DNA of 64,000 nucleotides from Rebecca billardiae RCC1528 (GCA_965240325.2 OZ251252.1:682001-746000); one strand, 5' to 3'; shown: positions 23,314-36,587, counted from the first letter of the stretch. A program made the numbers and translations. Notes: generated from the sequence alone by a model not told the origin.

Positions 23314-23690
23314 GGCGGTGGCGGTGGCGCCAGCGGTACTGGCAGCTTTCGCGGCGGCGGCGGCGGCGACGGCGGCGGTGGCGACGGCGTGGAGATTCCG
23401 CAGAACCCGTTCGCCGCGCTGCCGATGGGCCCGGCGCCGTACGTGCCGCCGCCGGGCACAATGGCGGCACAGAGGGCAGCGGGCACTTCGCCGCCTCCGG
23501 CGCACAGGGCGGGCACGGGCGCGGCGTCCGCGCCGCGCGGCTCCGGCCCGGCAGAGCGACAGAGCGGCGGCGGCGAGGGCAGCTTCCGGGCCGCGGCCGC
23601 CGTGCCATTCAACCCGTTTGCCGCGACCACGCCGTCTGCGAGCGCGGGCGCGCAGGGCGGTGCAGGCGGTGCCGCTGCGCGCCAAGCGGA

Positions 23691-23731
<41 letters not shown>

Positions 23732-24177
23732 GCGCGGGCGCGGGCGCGGGCGCGGGCGCAGACGCAACGGCGCCCCGGCAGCTGGGGCGGCCGTCACCGC
23801 CGCAGCAGCGCGGTGCCGCGAAGGCGCCGCCACGCCCGCCTGCGGCGCCGCCGCCGCCGCAGCCTGTGCCGGCCGCGTCGCAGCCGCCGCGCCCTGCGCT
23901 CCCGCCCGAGCGTGGCGCGGCGCCGCCCGCCGGGCTGCCCGCAGGTCCAGGCGAGACCCGCGGCGGCGGCGGCGGTGGGGCGGCGGCGGTGACGCCGCCG
24001 CCCGCGGCGGGGGCTGCGGGCGGCGCCGCGGCATCCGCTCCGCGCCAGTCTCAGCAGAAGAAGACGGGATCCGAGCGCCGCGCGAGCAAGGACAAGCGCA
24101 TGATGTCGGACTCGCGCGCCGCGTGGGCGGGCTGGGGGGCCGCCGACCTCGCGGCGGGTGCGGACGGAGGCAGGTGA
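21874..24177 (+). CDS. CMGC Ser/Thr kinase (CDKL/MAK-like) with a low-complexity tail
   Basis: LGEGSYAIV, VALKK, HRDVKPEN, DFG, TAYVSTRWYRAPE, DVWAAAC. Confidence 0.9.
23221..23327 (+). repeat. (GGC)n encoding poly-Gly
   Basis: Direct reading. Confidence 0.9.
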
Positions 24178-25019
24178 TCGATTGGTCGTTGCCGCCATTG
24201 GACTGACCGTGTCCGCGTTGCTGGTGACTCCAATCTGCTGCATGCGCCGGTCAGTCTGCGATCATCGGCAAGGCGCCGCAGGTCCGGTCTATGGCAGGTG
24301 ACGTCCTCCCGATGGCGGCGATGGCCGATCCACCGCCAGTGGCCCAGTGTGCACAGTGGCTGTCAGTGTCCGAGGGGTACAGGGGGGTCCAGATGGTGGG
24401 CCCCACTTAGTGGCGGTGGCTGGCCAGGTAGTGCGGCACGTCCGTGCCTCTGGACGGGCATTGAGCGGTGGCGAGGTCGCCAAATGGCGTGGCGTGGTCT
24501 CAGACAAGGTTGTTACTAGTCCTGATCAGCTTGCTAGCCATGCCGGTCGTTGATCACCCTGCCGTTGACAGGCGCGCACACGCCAAATGTATTCGCCACT
24601 GGCGGCCGAACCGTGTCGGACGGCGGTCGCACGACTACCGCGCAGCCAACATTGCTCCTCAGATCCACGGCTTGTAGGGTCAGATGGACCATCGCCAGGC
24701 ATGCATCGTCGCAATGCATGCCTCAGAGGGCAGTATGACCGTCAGAACGGTGATCCTGGCCGCTACCTGCCCATCCTTCTCATGCGCAACCTCACCGGCG
24801 CGCCGGTCGTACGGGGTCGTGGACGTGGACGTGAGAGTGGTCGAAAAGTCGGAAGGGAAGCTGTCACTCACGCACACGCGCTCGTACGGCGACGCCGACC
24901 GGCGTGTGGCATGCCCCCCGGTCCCGGACGTGCCACACGCGCCTTGGATCGCGTTGGGACGGGCATTCACGCCCGCCATGGCTTCCCTTCCGAAGTGGGA
25001 AACTTCATCTGGCCCCCCC

Positions 25020-25482
25020 CAGGGCTCAAAGATCCGGTGCTCGGTACGCGTACCGGTGCACCGGCGCCGCAGGCGCCGGTGTACCGGTACACCGGTGCGC
25101 GCACCGCGGGGGGGTCCGGGGGGGTGTCCCCCCCGGGGCCCCGCCGGCCCGAGGCGACGAAATTTTTTGGGCCTATTTACTGATAGAAATAGCCCAATTA
25201 TTCAGGACGAAATCGGCGGCCGGCGTATTCGCCTTCCCTGAGTCGGGGCACGGCCTGAGAGTGCCAGCAGTGACTACTCAGTCTCAGTACTCCGACCTCG
25301 GACACTGACAAGTGACAGCTCCGCGAGTAGTCCGTACTCGCGGGTGCTGTGGTCCGGGCGCACACGACCCCTCCCGGACTCTCACCGGTGCGCGGCAGTC
25401 ATTGTGGCGGTGCGTACCGGTACGCACCGGTACGCACCGGTACGGTATTTACCGGTGTCCGGTGTACCGTCTTGGAGCCCTG
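25020..25482 (+). mobile_element. hAT-type MITE, copy 1 (complete)
   Basis: TIR CAGGGCTCAAAGA / TCTTGGAGCCCTG; 8-bp TSD GCCCCCCC (25012-25019, 25483-25490); many subterminal ACCGGT repeats. Confidence 0.9.
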
Positions 25483-25510
25483 GCCCCCCCTGTAGTTCGC
25501 GCCAGCCAGC

Positions 25511-26687
25511 ATGGCGGCGTCTTCCTTCGGCCGGCCCGCCTCGCTCGAGCTCGTGGGCACGGCGAACGCGCTGAGCTCGTCGGGCGACGGCGCGCGCGTG
25601 GTGGTGAGCTGCCGCGAGGCGCTGCGCATCGTCAACGTCGCGCAGCGCGAGCTCGTCGAGGAGGCGAGCCTCCTCGTCGACTCTCGGAAGAATCTCGCGT
25701 CGACCGTCGTGTCGTGGCACACGCACGAGGCGTTCTCGCAGATGATCGCGATGGGCTCGGCGAACGGCGCGGTGTGCGTGTGGAACCTGAAGCGGCCCAA
25801 CGTCCCCGAGCGCGTGCTGCACAAGCACTCGCGCACCGTCTCGCGCGTCGTCTGGCACGCGACCGAGCCCAAATGGTTGCTGAGCGGCTCGCTCGACACG
25901 AGCGCGCAGGTGCGACTGTGGGACTGGCGGAACTCGGCGCGGCCGCTCGACTTCACGCTGGTCGACAGCGTGCGCGACGTGCAGTTCAACCCGCACCACC
26001 CGACCCAGTTCGCCGCCGCGCTCGAGAACGGCACCGTCGAGGTCTGGGATTTCAGAGCGCCGCGCACGCCCGAGCGCCAGTGGCAGGCGCACCAGGGGCC
26101 GCTGCACTGCATCGACTGGCACGCGGCGGAGCGCGGCGTGCTGTGCACGGCGTCGCGCGACCGCACGGCGAAGGTGTGGGTGCTCGCCGACGGCACCGCC
26201 GCCGCCAGCGCGCCGCCCCGCCTCGTGCACACCGTCCAGCACGGCGCGCCGGTCTCTGAGGCGCACTGGCGGCCGGGCGGCCAGCGGTCCCACCTGTCAG
26301 TCCGGGGCGAGCGCGAGTCCTGTGTGCACGTGTGGGACACGCGGCTGGCGCACGTGCCGGTGCACACGCTGGCGGAGGAGCCGGGCGAGCGGCACCACCG
26401 CCCGCCGCCCGCCGCGATGGTCTGGGCCGCCAACGGCGAATGCCTGCTCTGGTGTGCGCGCGACGCTCGCGACGGCGCCAGCTCGAGCCTCGTGCGCGCG
26501 CCTGTGCGCGGCTCGGCGGAGCCGATGCGCGCGCTGCGCAACGTGGCGATCGCGTGGAGCCCCGGCGACGTGCTTGCGTGCGCGCACACGCGCGTGCAGC
26601 GCAACGCCGCCGACGCGCCGCCCGCCGAGCCCGGCTTCGTTAGCGCCGCCGCCACGCTTGGCTGTAGCGTCGACGGCCGCAGCGCGT

Positions 26688-26723
<36 letters not shown>

Positions 26724-29407
26724 GTGCCGCCGGCGGCGGCGCGGGCGGTGGCGCAGGCGGCGCGGGTGGCGGGGTGCTCGGTCCCGCCGGTGCCGCCGTC
26801 GGCGCCGCCGCCGCGTCCGCGGCCGGCGGTGCGGGCGCGCACGGCGCCGCAGCCGGCACGCAAGGCGGTCAACTCCAGAGTGCGTTGGTGCTCAGCGGCG
26901 CGGGCGGCGCGGGCGCGCTCGGCGGCTGCGGCGGCGCGGCGGCGGCGCCGCCGCTGCTCGCGGCCGGCGCGGCGTGCGGCGTCGGCGCGGGGGGCGTCGG
27001 CGGCTGCGCGGCGGCCGGCGGCGTAGGCAGCTGCGGCGCCGGCGGCGGGGCGGCCGCGGCGGTCGGCGGTCTAAGCATGGTGGCGGTGGCGTCAGGCGCA
27101 GTTGGGCTGCCAGCAGCCGCGTCGACCGCCGGCGGCGCGGCGCTTGGCGGTGGCGGCGCCGGAGGCGGCGGTGCCGGCGCGCCCGCGATGCCGGGAAGCG
27201 GCGCCGTGCCGGGCGGCGGCGCGCGGCGCGCGCACTACGCCCTCGGCGGCGCGGGCGGCGGCGGCAGCAGCGCGGCGGGCGGCGGCGGCCACCCGGGTAA
27301 TATGGGTAACCTGGGTACCCTGGGGGGGCATCTCCCGTGCGCCAGCGCCGCGCACGGCGCGGGCGGCTGTGCTGCCGGCGCCGTCGGCGGCGCCGCCGCG
27401 TGCGCGCGGCGCGCGAGCTCGCCCGTCGCGCAAGCCCAAGGCGCGCAGCACGGCGGCGGCGCCGTCCCGCGCGCCGTCACCGCGGCGGAGTTCCTCTTGC
27501 CGCCGCCGCCGCCGCAACAGCAGCACCCGGGCTCGGCGCACGCGCACGCGCGCGCCGACGCGCCGGCGGGCGCGCGCGCCGGCCGCTTCTGCGTGTTTCG
27601 GCTGCGGAGCGTGCGCTGGTGGCGGCTGGACGAGCACGGCGGCGGCGCGGGCGAGGGCGAGCTCGACGCGGCGGGTGGCGGCGCGGCGCGCGCGCGCGGC
27701 GCGGGCGCGGCGGACGGCGCGGCGCGCGCGTGCGCGCGCGCGCTCGGCGCCGCCGGCCCGGTGTCCGCGGGCGCAGACGATCTCGCGGGCGATCTCGACG
27801 CAATCTCGGCGGATCTGCATGCCGTGCTCGAGCACCCGGGCGGGCTGGTCGGCTACCTGGCGACGCGTTACGCGCTGTCCGACTCGCCCGCGCCTCGGGC
27901 GCCGCGCGCCGCGCCCAGCTCGACTCCGGCCGACGGCGGCGGCGCGCCGTCGGCGGTGCGGCCTGCGCCCTGCGCGCCGCTGGCGCGCGCGTGCGCGCAC
28001 AACGCGCGCGTCGCGGCGCGCGCGGGCGCGGGTCAGCTCGCGCTGTGCTGGAAGCTGATTGGCCGCCTGGTGGCGGAGCCGCACAACGACGGCGCGCCGG
28101 ACAGCCACGGCCACCCGTCGGCGCGCGGCGGCGCGCGCTCACCGGCGGCGGCGGCGGCGGCGCGGCCGGGCGCGCCGGAGTCGAGTCGAGAGGAATCGCT
28201 TGTGAGCCATCTGCTCGGCGCGCGCCGGCCGTCGCCCGTGGCGCCCATGCCGCAGCTGCCGATCCGGCGGCCGCGCGGCGGGCAGGCGGCGGGTGGGGCG
28301 GTCGGCGGCTGCGCCGCGCGCGCCGGCGGCGCAGCCGCCACCACGCGCGTCGGCGGCGCTGACGGCGGCGGCGCTGACGGCGGCGGCGATGGCGGCGGCG
28401 GCGGCGGCATGCGTGTGAGTCGCTTGGCCGCCGCCGCTTCCAGTGCGGTCGGCGCCGGCGCCAGCGGCATGCGCGCCATCACGCCGCCGAACAGCCCCGT
28501 CGGCGGCGACGCGTACAACGACGCGATGCGCTTCGGCGAGATACGCATCTCGCCGCCCGCCGGCGAGATGCGTATCTCGCTGGCGGGCGGCGAGAGGCAC
28601 ATGTCGCCGCGCGCCGGCGAGATGCATATCTCGCTGCGGCCGCCCGCGGTGCCGTCGCTGTCTGGTGTGTTGCTGGGGGAGCACGCCTCGCTGCTCAGCC
28701 GCCGGCCGTCCGCGCAGCAGCAGCAGCAGCAGCAGCAGCCGGCCGCGGCGGCGGTCGGCGTGAGGGGCGGCGGCGCGGACGGCGGTGCTGGCTCTGGCGC
28801 GCGGCGGGCGCCGCCACTACCAGCCGCGGCGGGCGCGGCGGGCGCGGGCGGTGGCGCGGCGGGCGCGCCCGGCACGGGCGGCGCAGTCCGGTCGCTACTC
28901 GAGCACCTTGGGACACAGGGCGACGTTCAGACGTGCGCGGTCGCCGCTCTGCTCCTGGGCGCGGACGGGCGCGCCGCACTTGACGCACGCAGGGTGGGGC
29001 AGTGGGTGCGGCAGTATGTGCAGCTGCTGCACACGCTGCGGCTCTTCACGACCGCCGCCGCCGTCATCCGCCGCGCGCCCGACAAGGCGACGCACGAGAT
29101 GTCGCAGATGTCCGTTACGCTCACGCTGCGCTGCGGTGTGTGCGAGGGAAGTCTCGCAGGGCTCGCGCAGTGCGCCCGGTGCGGCGCCGCCGCCGGGCGC
29201 GGCGCGCGCTCATGCCACCGGTGCGCGCTGTGCAGGCAGCTCGTGCGGGGTGTGTACGCGTACTGCGTCGGCTGCGGCCACGGCGGCCATGCTGAGTGCA
29301 TGCGCGGCTGGCACGAGGCGGGGCACGAGGCGTGCCCGGCGGCGTGTGGCCACCGGTGCACAGTCTGGACGACGGAGCGCAGGATGCGACCGCCGGGCGG
29401 CGGGTAG
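25511..29407 (+). CDS. WDR24: GATOR2 subunit WDR24/Sea2-like protein (WD40 + C-terminal RING-like zinc finger)
   Basis: HSRTVSRVVWH..E...LLSGSLD, SVRDVQFNP, ENGTVEVWD, GDVQTC, CALCRQLVRG..YCVGCGHGGHAECMRGW...CPAACGHRC. Confidence 0.85.
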
Positions 29408-29573
29408 CGCGCTGCTGGTCGCCCGCGCGGTCTCACTCTAAAGAGCTAGTAGTCCGGAGCGTCAGAGTCGCGGCTTCAGTCAGCTGCGCAGCGCGATCGG
29501 TCAAGGTGGCCTAACTCACTCACTAAAGTTCTAATACTGTCAACTCGGTCAGTGAATTGTAACTGGCAAACTG

Positions 29574-29613
29574 TACAGTTTACTAAGAATCGCACACAGC
29601 GGCAGGCAGGCGA
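29574..29613 (+). mobile_element. Degenerate Tc1-type TIR relic
   Basis: TACAGTTTACTAAGAATCGCACACAGCGGCAGGCAGGCGA resembles 4516-4560. Confidence 0.65.
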
Positions 29614-29746
29614 GATTACTGTGTACCCGGTGCTCTCCAACTCCAAGTCGGGCCGGCCTTCGCCACCCGGACTCGCGGCTGCGGCTTGATTGACGATTCG
29701 GCGGCAAAAGACGGTCGTCGGCGGGCCCCGGAATTATTTGCCCGCC

Positions 29747-32700
29747 ATGGCTGCGCGGCCGCTCCAGCTGGGCTGGAGCGACCGCGGCGGGTACGCGGAG
29801 AACCAAGACGCGTCGTTCACGCTCGCGCTCGCGGAGGTGGACGTGTGGGGCGTGCTCGACGGCCACGGCCGCGAGCACGGCGCCCTTGCCTCGCGCACCG
29901 CCGCCGCGACCCTCGAGCGCGAGCTGCGCGCCGCGTTTGGCGTACCGACCGCCGCGCAGCCCGACGTCGACGGCGTGCTCGTGGCGGCGTTCGAGCGCGC
30001 GCACGCGGACGTGCTCGCGGCGATCAGTGCGATCGAGACCGACGCCATCGCCACGGAGGAGGGCGTGCTCGTCGTCCCCACGCACGAGGACGACGTCGCC
30101 GACGGCCACGCTGAGTTTGACGCCGTCGACGGCGGCACGACGGCGACCGTGTGCGTGCTGCTGCGCCGGCGGCGCGAGCTCGTGGTCGCGTGCGTGGGCG
30201 ACTCGAGCGCGATGCTGGTCAGCGCCGAGGTGCGCGGCTCGCTCCAGCCGCCGCCGCACTACGCCTTTCCACTCGACGACCACAGCCCGACGCTCGCGGC
30301 CGAGTACGCTCGCATTCGCGCGCTGAGTCCGGGCGGCGCCGCGAGTCCGGGCGGCGGCGTGGTCCAGTTCGTGTACGCGAGCCCGCCGCCGGAGGACGGC
30401 GAGGCGCCGCCCACGCTGCTGCGCATCTGGGCCGAGCCCGACGCTCCCGGCCAGCCCACGCTGCACGCGGCGAACGCCGCGCGCGCGCTCGAGGCCGGCG
30501 TCAGCGCCAAAAATGTCCGGGGCGAGCTGCACACGGTCCTCCGGACTCCGGACCACTGGGAGCTGCGGGCGAAGGGGACGGGGCGGGCGGTGCGCGTGGG
30601 CGCGCAGGGGCTCACGATGACGCGCTCGCTCGGCGACGGGCTGCACCACCTCTTCGGCGTGAGCGCCACTCCGAGCCTCGCTCGAGTGCAGCTGCCGCCG
30701 CCGCCGCCGCCGTTCGCGCTCGGCGCGGCCGCGTGGCCGCCGCCGCCCGCCGGCACGCTGAGCGTGCTCGTGCTCGCGACGGACGGGCTGTGGGACGCGG
30801 CGAGCCACGAGGCGCTCGCGCTGCGCGCCGCGCAGGCCGCCGAGCTCGCGTGGCGCGCCGACGCCGCCGGCGCGCACGCCGCCGCCGAGGCCATCTGCGC
30901 GGACGCGCTTGAAGACGCGCGCGCCCTTTTCGGTGCGGAGCACTGCGACAATATTACGGTGCTGATGGCCTCGCTGGACCACGTGGACGGGCCGTCGGCG
31001 GCGGCGCGGCGCGCGGGGCGCGCGGGCGCGCGCGCGGGGCAGCCCGCGGAGACGCCGGCGCACGCCGACGACGCGGCCGGCGCCGACGCGCGCGCGCGGC
31101 GGCGGCGGCGGCGGCGGCGGCGCCGCCGCCGCCGCAGACGGAGGCCACTCCGGCAAGAGCTTCGACGCAGCCGCCGCCGCAGCGAGCGGAAGAAGCGCGT
31201 GCGCACGCGGGCGCGGCCGGCTCCGCGCGCCGCCTGGTGCCCGACGCGCCACAGCCGGCGCGCGCGCCCGCCGCCGCCGCCGCCCAGCTGCCGCACAAGC
31301 CGCCCGGCGCGGCGGCCGAGCGCGCGCCGCCGGACGCGCCGCCGGCTGAGCCCGCGCAGCCGCGCCCGCGGCTGCCACAGTGGCCGCCGCCCCAGCCCGG
31401 CAGCGGGGACGATGGTCGGCGCTCGCCGCCGCCGCCCCTCGCTGCGGCCAAGCAGCGCGCGGCGGTGCCGCCCTCGGCAGCGGACAGGCCGCGCTCGCCG
31501 CCGCCGCCCTCTGCTGCGGCCAAGCAGCGTGTCGCGGCACAATGGCCGCCGCCGGCGGGCGCGGGCGCGGGTGAGAGGCAGAGGCAGGGCGCGCCGCCGC
31601 CCTCTGCCGCCGCGGCAGGCGCGCATCGCGCCGCGCCCGCCGCGCCCGCCGCGCCCGCCGCGGCGGGCGCGCAGCGCGCGGCGCCGAGCCCGGCCACGTC
31701 CACCGCCGCGGCGGGCGCGGCGGGCGCGGCGGGCGCGGCGGGCGCGGCGGGCGCGACCGGCGCGACCGGCGCGGACCCGGCCACGCCGCTCGCCACGCCG
31801 CCACCGCGCAGCACACACCCCACGGACGTCGGGAGCACCGGCTGCGCCACCGTCACCACGGCCACAGAGCCCGGCCGCGGCGCCGCGGGCACACAGGAGC
31901 CCGGCCGCGGCGCCGCGGGCGGCCCACAGGATTCGCCCGCACCGCAGCTACGGAGGGCTGTCTCCACGTGCGCGCGGCGCGGCGCGGCGCGGCGCGCGGC
32001 CGAGAGCGCGGCACGGGCGGCGCATGGTGGCGAGCGCCGGCGGCGCCGCGCCGCGCGCGCCGGGAGCAGCGAACCACTCACGCGCGCGCGCTGTGTGTGT
32101 GCTGTGTCGCCGCGCTCGCGCGCCGCCCGCCCGCCCGCGCCGCCGCGCGCGCGCCGCGCGCCGCCCCCTGGCCGCACAGCCCCGACGTCGATGTCGCCAC
32201 CGGCGCGTTCGCTGCCCTCGAGAGCCCCATGACTTCGCCCCACTACCCCTCGCCCGCGTCGGGCGGCGACGGTTACGCCGACGGTTACGCCGACGGTTAC
32301 GCCGGCGGCGGGGACGGGGCGATGAGCGCGACCGCGCCCGCCGCCGGGTACGCCGGCGGCGGCGGCGGTTACGCCGACGGTTACGCCGGCGGTTACGGCG
32401 GCAGCTACAGCGACCACCCCTCGCCGGTGGGCAGCGCGAAGCGCGGCGCGGCGGCGCGCGCCAGCCTCTCGACCATGCGCCGCGCGTCCACGCGAAACTC
32501 CTCGGCCGGGGGCAGCCGCCGCCTGCGCTTCATGGGCCGTGCGAGCTCGCTCGGCTCGGGCGCGATGCGTCTGCCGCGCGGGCCTCTGCTCAGGGAGGGC
32601 CCCCTGCACAAGCAGTCGGGCTCCCGCGCGAAGCCGGCCGCGCCGGGTGGCCTCGGCTCCGGCCTGCGGCACAAGTTCAGCTCGCTCGTGCGCAAGTGGG

Positions 32701-33684
32701 ACTGGTGCGCACGGCGCCTGGCCGCGCCGCGCGCGCGCGCGCGGCCGAGGGCAATGGCAGCTGGTCGCCCGCGCGGCGCGTGCGCGTGCATGCATGCGCG
32801 TCCGCACACCGCGCGCGCGCGCGGCGGGCGGGCGGCCGCGCCGGCTGCGTGCACGTGCTGCCGCGGCCGCCCGCGCCGTTGAGGCCGTGGCCGCCGCCCT
32901 CCCGTGCCCACGCGTGCGCACGCCGACCTGCGCCGCGCCCCCGCGCCCCTACCCCTCACCCTCACCCTCACCCTAACCCTAACCCTAACCCTAACCCTCG
33001 CCCTAACCCCCTCACCCGAACCCTCACCCTCACCCCCTCACCCGAACCACCCCACCGGCCGCGCGCCGCCTCAGGCGGTGGTTTCGGCTGTACGGCGCAC
33101 ACGGCACGGAGCAGCCGCCCACGCTGTGTTACTTCTATGAGCCCGGCGACGAGGCGCCCGCGGCGCTGCTCGCGCTGCGCGGCGCGACGGTGCTGCGCAT
33201 GCCGCCGCCCGCCGCCCGGCCCAAGCCGGCGCGCAGCCTGCCAGGGCTGAAGCGCGAGGGCAGCGCGGGCGAGGAGGGCGCCGAGCACGAGCTGCGGCTC
33301 ATCACCGCCGACGGCCGCGACCTGATGCTCCGGGCGAGCTCGGCGGAGGACGTGGCGCTCTGGATCCGCGCGCTGGCCGAGGCGGGCGTCCGCGACGGCG
33401 GCGAGGGCAAGAGGCGCGACGACGAGCTGCGCGCGCTCGGCAGCGCGGCGCCCAGCACGCCCGGCGCGAGCGGCACGCCGAGCGTTCCGGGCACGCCGCC
33501 GCGGGACGCGCCGCACACGGCGCCGCGCCCGAGCACGGGGCCGACCGAGCCGCACACGCCCGTCTCCGGCGGCGCCGACCGCGGGTACGACCACCACTAC
33601 CCGGCGAGCGCGGCGCCGACAGTGAGCGGGAGACGCGAGTCGTACGCGTCCGATGCCAGCGGCGGCGGGAGGCTCGGCATCTAG
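29747..33684 (+). CDS. PP2C (PPM) phosphatase + Ala/Pro linker + C-terminal PH domain; introns 31968-32179 and 32705-33074; apparent frameshift at ~31090
   Basis: ENQD, GVLDGHG, GGTTAT, ACVGDS, LTMTRSLGD, VLATDGLWD, DNITV; PH domain REGPLHKQ..KWDW|RWFRL..YF..RASSAEDVALWIRAL. Confidence 0.75.
32947..33045 (+). repeat. Intronic telomere-like (CCCTAA/CCCTCA)n
   Basis: Direct reading. Confidence 0.85.
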
Positions 33685-34870
33685 CCGCCGCGCAGTCATC
33701 AGTCCGCCGCCGTCAAGCGCGCAGCGCATCATCGGCAGGGCGGCCCGCCCACTCCCATCAGCGCGCATCATCGTCATGCACTTCAGCACGTAGTACGGCG
33801 ACATCACACCGCGACCGGTACGGTCGTTCGTCGTCTCGGGCCTGTTTTATTTCTACCAGATTCCATTTACTACTTTATGTCACGGCGACAAACCCGTGCC
33901 CGCCAGTGGGAATCGGTGTCACGCCCCGTTGGGGGACGTAAAGGCTCCGGCGGGAAGCCGAGACGCACGACTCCGAGGGTCACGCTGCACTCAGCGAGGA
34001 GTGCTGAGTGCAGCGATCTAGCTCCGGTGTCGCTGCTCGCAGCCGTTGAGGAGGAGTTGCGTCCCCCAACAAGGCACCATGGGTCGCCCCAGAACTCTCC
34101 GCGCGCTCGCGCCTGCGCGGCGAGCGCTTGATGCAGGCTTGTTCTCATCAATTTGGCCAAGACTGCAGCCTGCCAGATGCGCGAAGACGCGTGCATACGC
34201 CTTTCGGCGTGTCATGGGTGCGTGTAGCACGCATCGTGTCGTAGTCTACGCCGAGGAGGCTTGACAATCCGGCCAGCCGACCTGCCGCGATCACGTTCAA
34301 AAGCACGCATGCGAGCGCACGCAACGGAAGCATCTCAAGCCCGACAAGGTAGTGGCGGCGGAGCGTGTAGAGCTGGTTTCGATGGCAGACTATCTTTCTA
34401 TCAGCCGGCCTTGGTCGTCACATGGCACGGGCCAGACGCAGCCAACGCAGAGTGCTTGCAGCTTGCAGCGGGCCCGCCGCTGCGGTTCATGCAGTGGCTG
34501 GTCGCGCGCGTGCGCCGCAAGGAACCCCTGTGTCAAGGCTAAGCACCTCGGCAAGTCGAAGCAGCACGTCTGGGCAACGTCTCTCGCCACAGCTCAGCGT
34601 CTGAGTACGAGGATGTGCCAACGACGCGCCGCGGGGCCGCCACTACTCTGCACTACCGCTGCACCCCACCAGCCGGCCGAAGCCGCGCCATTATTTTACC
34701 GCGTTTTGGCTGATGTCGCCGTGGGGCTCTCGTAGAATTAAAACAGGCCCTCGGTAGTTACGGCGCGCGTACGGGCGCAGTGCAGATCGATCGACAGTGC
34801 CGCAGTGCTTGATGACGCGACCATGACGCCGGCCCGGCGGCGGCGCATGTTTCCGCGATGATATGATATA

Positions 34871-36587
34871 CTAGAGAGTGAGTTGCAGCCGCCGCTGCAC
34901 GCCGGCAGCAGTTCACGACTGACCTCGACTACCTCGTCGTCGTCGTTATTCCGAGGGCGAGTAGCGTAGCGCCGTAGCGGTGCGGACATAGCATTCAACG
35001 ACTCTGCTGCGCGTTGTGACAGACTCGCGCTGTCTCGCTGCAGACGACGACCGTGCCGGCATGCGACACGTGTGACACTGTGCCAGCGAGGACTTAATTC
35101 AATTCAGACAATGATAATAATAACTCATCACAGTGATATCGGTTAGCTGGTAGCAGCCGTCACTGACACTCGATCACCGCTGGTCGTCATTAATGAGGCA
35201 GCTGCGGTGCTGACCACGGTCCCTACGGTGCTGCTGACGCTGGGGCGGGGCCGGTGGCAGCCTGCCCGTGCGGTGCGGTGACAACTGACAACTGCGCAGG
35301 GCATGCATCACGCGCGCGCCCGGGCTGTCACTACAGTGAGTAACTGAACTGCTCTGATTGTAGTAGGACCATTGGCGGACGGCCGTGTGGGCGTGCCGCG
35401 AACAGCTGCAGGCGACGCCCCGGGTCGGCGCAGATCCAGTCGAGCAACACTGATCGGCGCGCCGCCGTCGAGAGTTGCAGCAGCAGGGGCAGGCAGCCAG
35501 GTGACAACCGCACAGGGCACGCATCAAGCGCATGCTCCCACTGGGCCTCGGACTGGAGGCTGGTGGGCGGTCGGGAACAGTTGCAGACGATGGCGGATGG
35601 CCCGGTACCGGGGTACGCAGATCCAGTCGAGCAACTGACTGATCGGCGCACCGCCGTCGAGAGTTGCGGCAGCAAGGGCGCGGGCAGCCAGGTGACAACC
35701 GCGCAGGGCACGGCATGCAGCAAGCGTGCGCGCCTTTTGAGCCTCGGACTCGGTAGGGCTGGTGGACGGCCGTAAATAGCTGCGCAGGCAACGCCTGGTC
35801 GCGCAGATCGGAGATCCAGTCGACTTAGCAACGCTGACTGGCGCGCCACCGTCGAGAGATGTAGAGAGTTGCAACCGCCGGGGCAGGTAGCTAGGTGAAC
35901 CGCACAGGACACGCACCAAGCGCGCGCCTCCTGAGCCCCGGGCAGGATGGCGGCTGTGATCAGTTGCAGGCGACGCCCGTCGTGCGGATCCGACTCGTCG
36001 AGCGTTACAGAAAGATCGGTGGCCGGCCGCACCGTCGCGAGGTGCAGTTGGAGGACGGACGTCGTCGACAGTTGCAGGCGACAGGACGTGATGAGCATCC
36101 TGCTCACACACTACCCCGACGGTCCACACCCTCCGTCGCAGCCCCGCGGTGCCCGCGGTGGCACCTCGACCGTCAGCCTGGCCCTCCGCCCTCCTGTGCA
36201 TTCACTCACTTGATTGAGTCGCGTCGATGTAATCGTAAATCGATCGACGGACCCTGATTGATTGGACAATACTCATGGCCGCGCGGGGCCTATAAAATAG
36301 CGGCAACTCGAGCAGGAAAGGACAAACGCGTACACCCATACGTCGATTCAGTTTCTCTGCCGCGGCGAATATGTGCAAAGACTGTCCCGACCGCGGGTAC
36401 GCGGGGTAAAACTAAAAACCGTCGATACGCTGACTTTCGGAGTAAAAGCCATCGATCCGCTGACTTTCGGAGTAATAAGCGTCGATCCGCTGACTTTTTA
36501 TAGGGGAAATCCGAATTGTGGGCATTTTCGTATTGCTCACGCACCTCGGTCGCGGATCCACTTTATTACACGATTAAGTAGAGTAGA
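34871..36587 (-). mobile_element. Non-autonomous Helitron, copy A
   Basis: Minus strand reads A|TCTACTCTACTTAA ... TGCAGC-GGCG-GCTGCA hairpin ... CTAG|T; homologous to 42710-45917; internal ~120-190-bp repeats and three 30-bp CGATCCGCTGACTTTCGGAGTAA units. Confidence 0.8.

Noticed and set aside
32947-33045. True telomere or chromosome fusion site
   Set aside because: Short, degenerate and inside a predicted intron of a continuous gene
36419-36500. 30-bp repeats (also 45750-45832) as a CRISPR array
   Set aside because: Units are adjacent with no unique spacers, no cas genes, eukaryotic context; they are Helitron subterminal repeats
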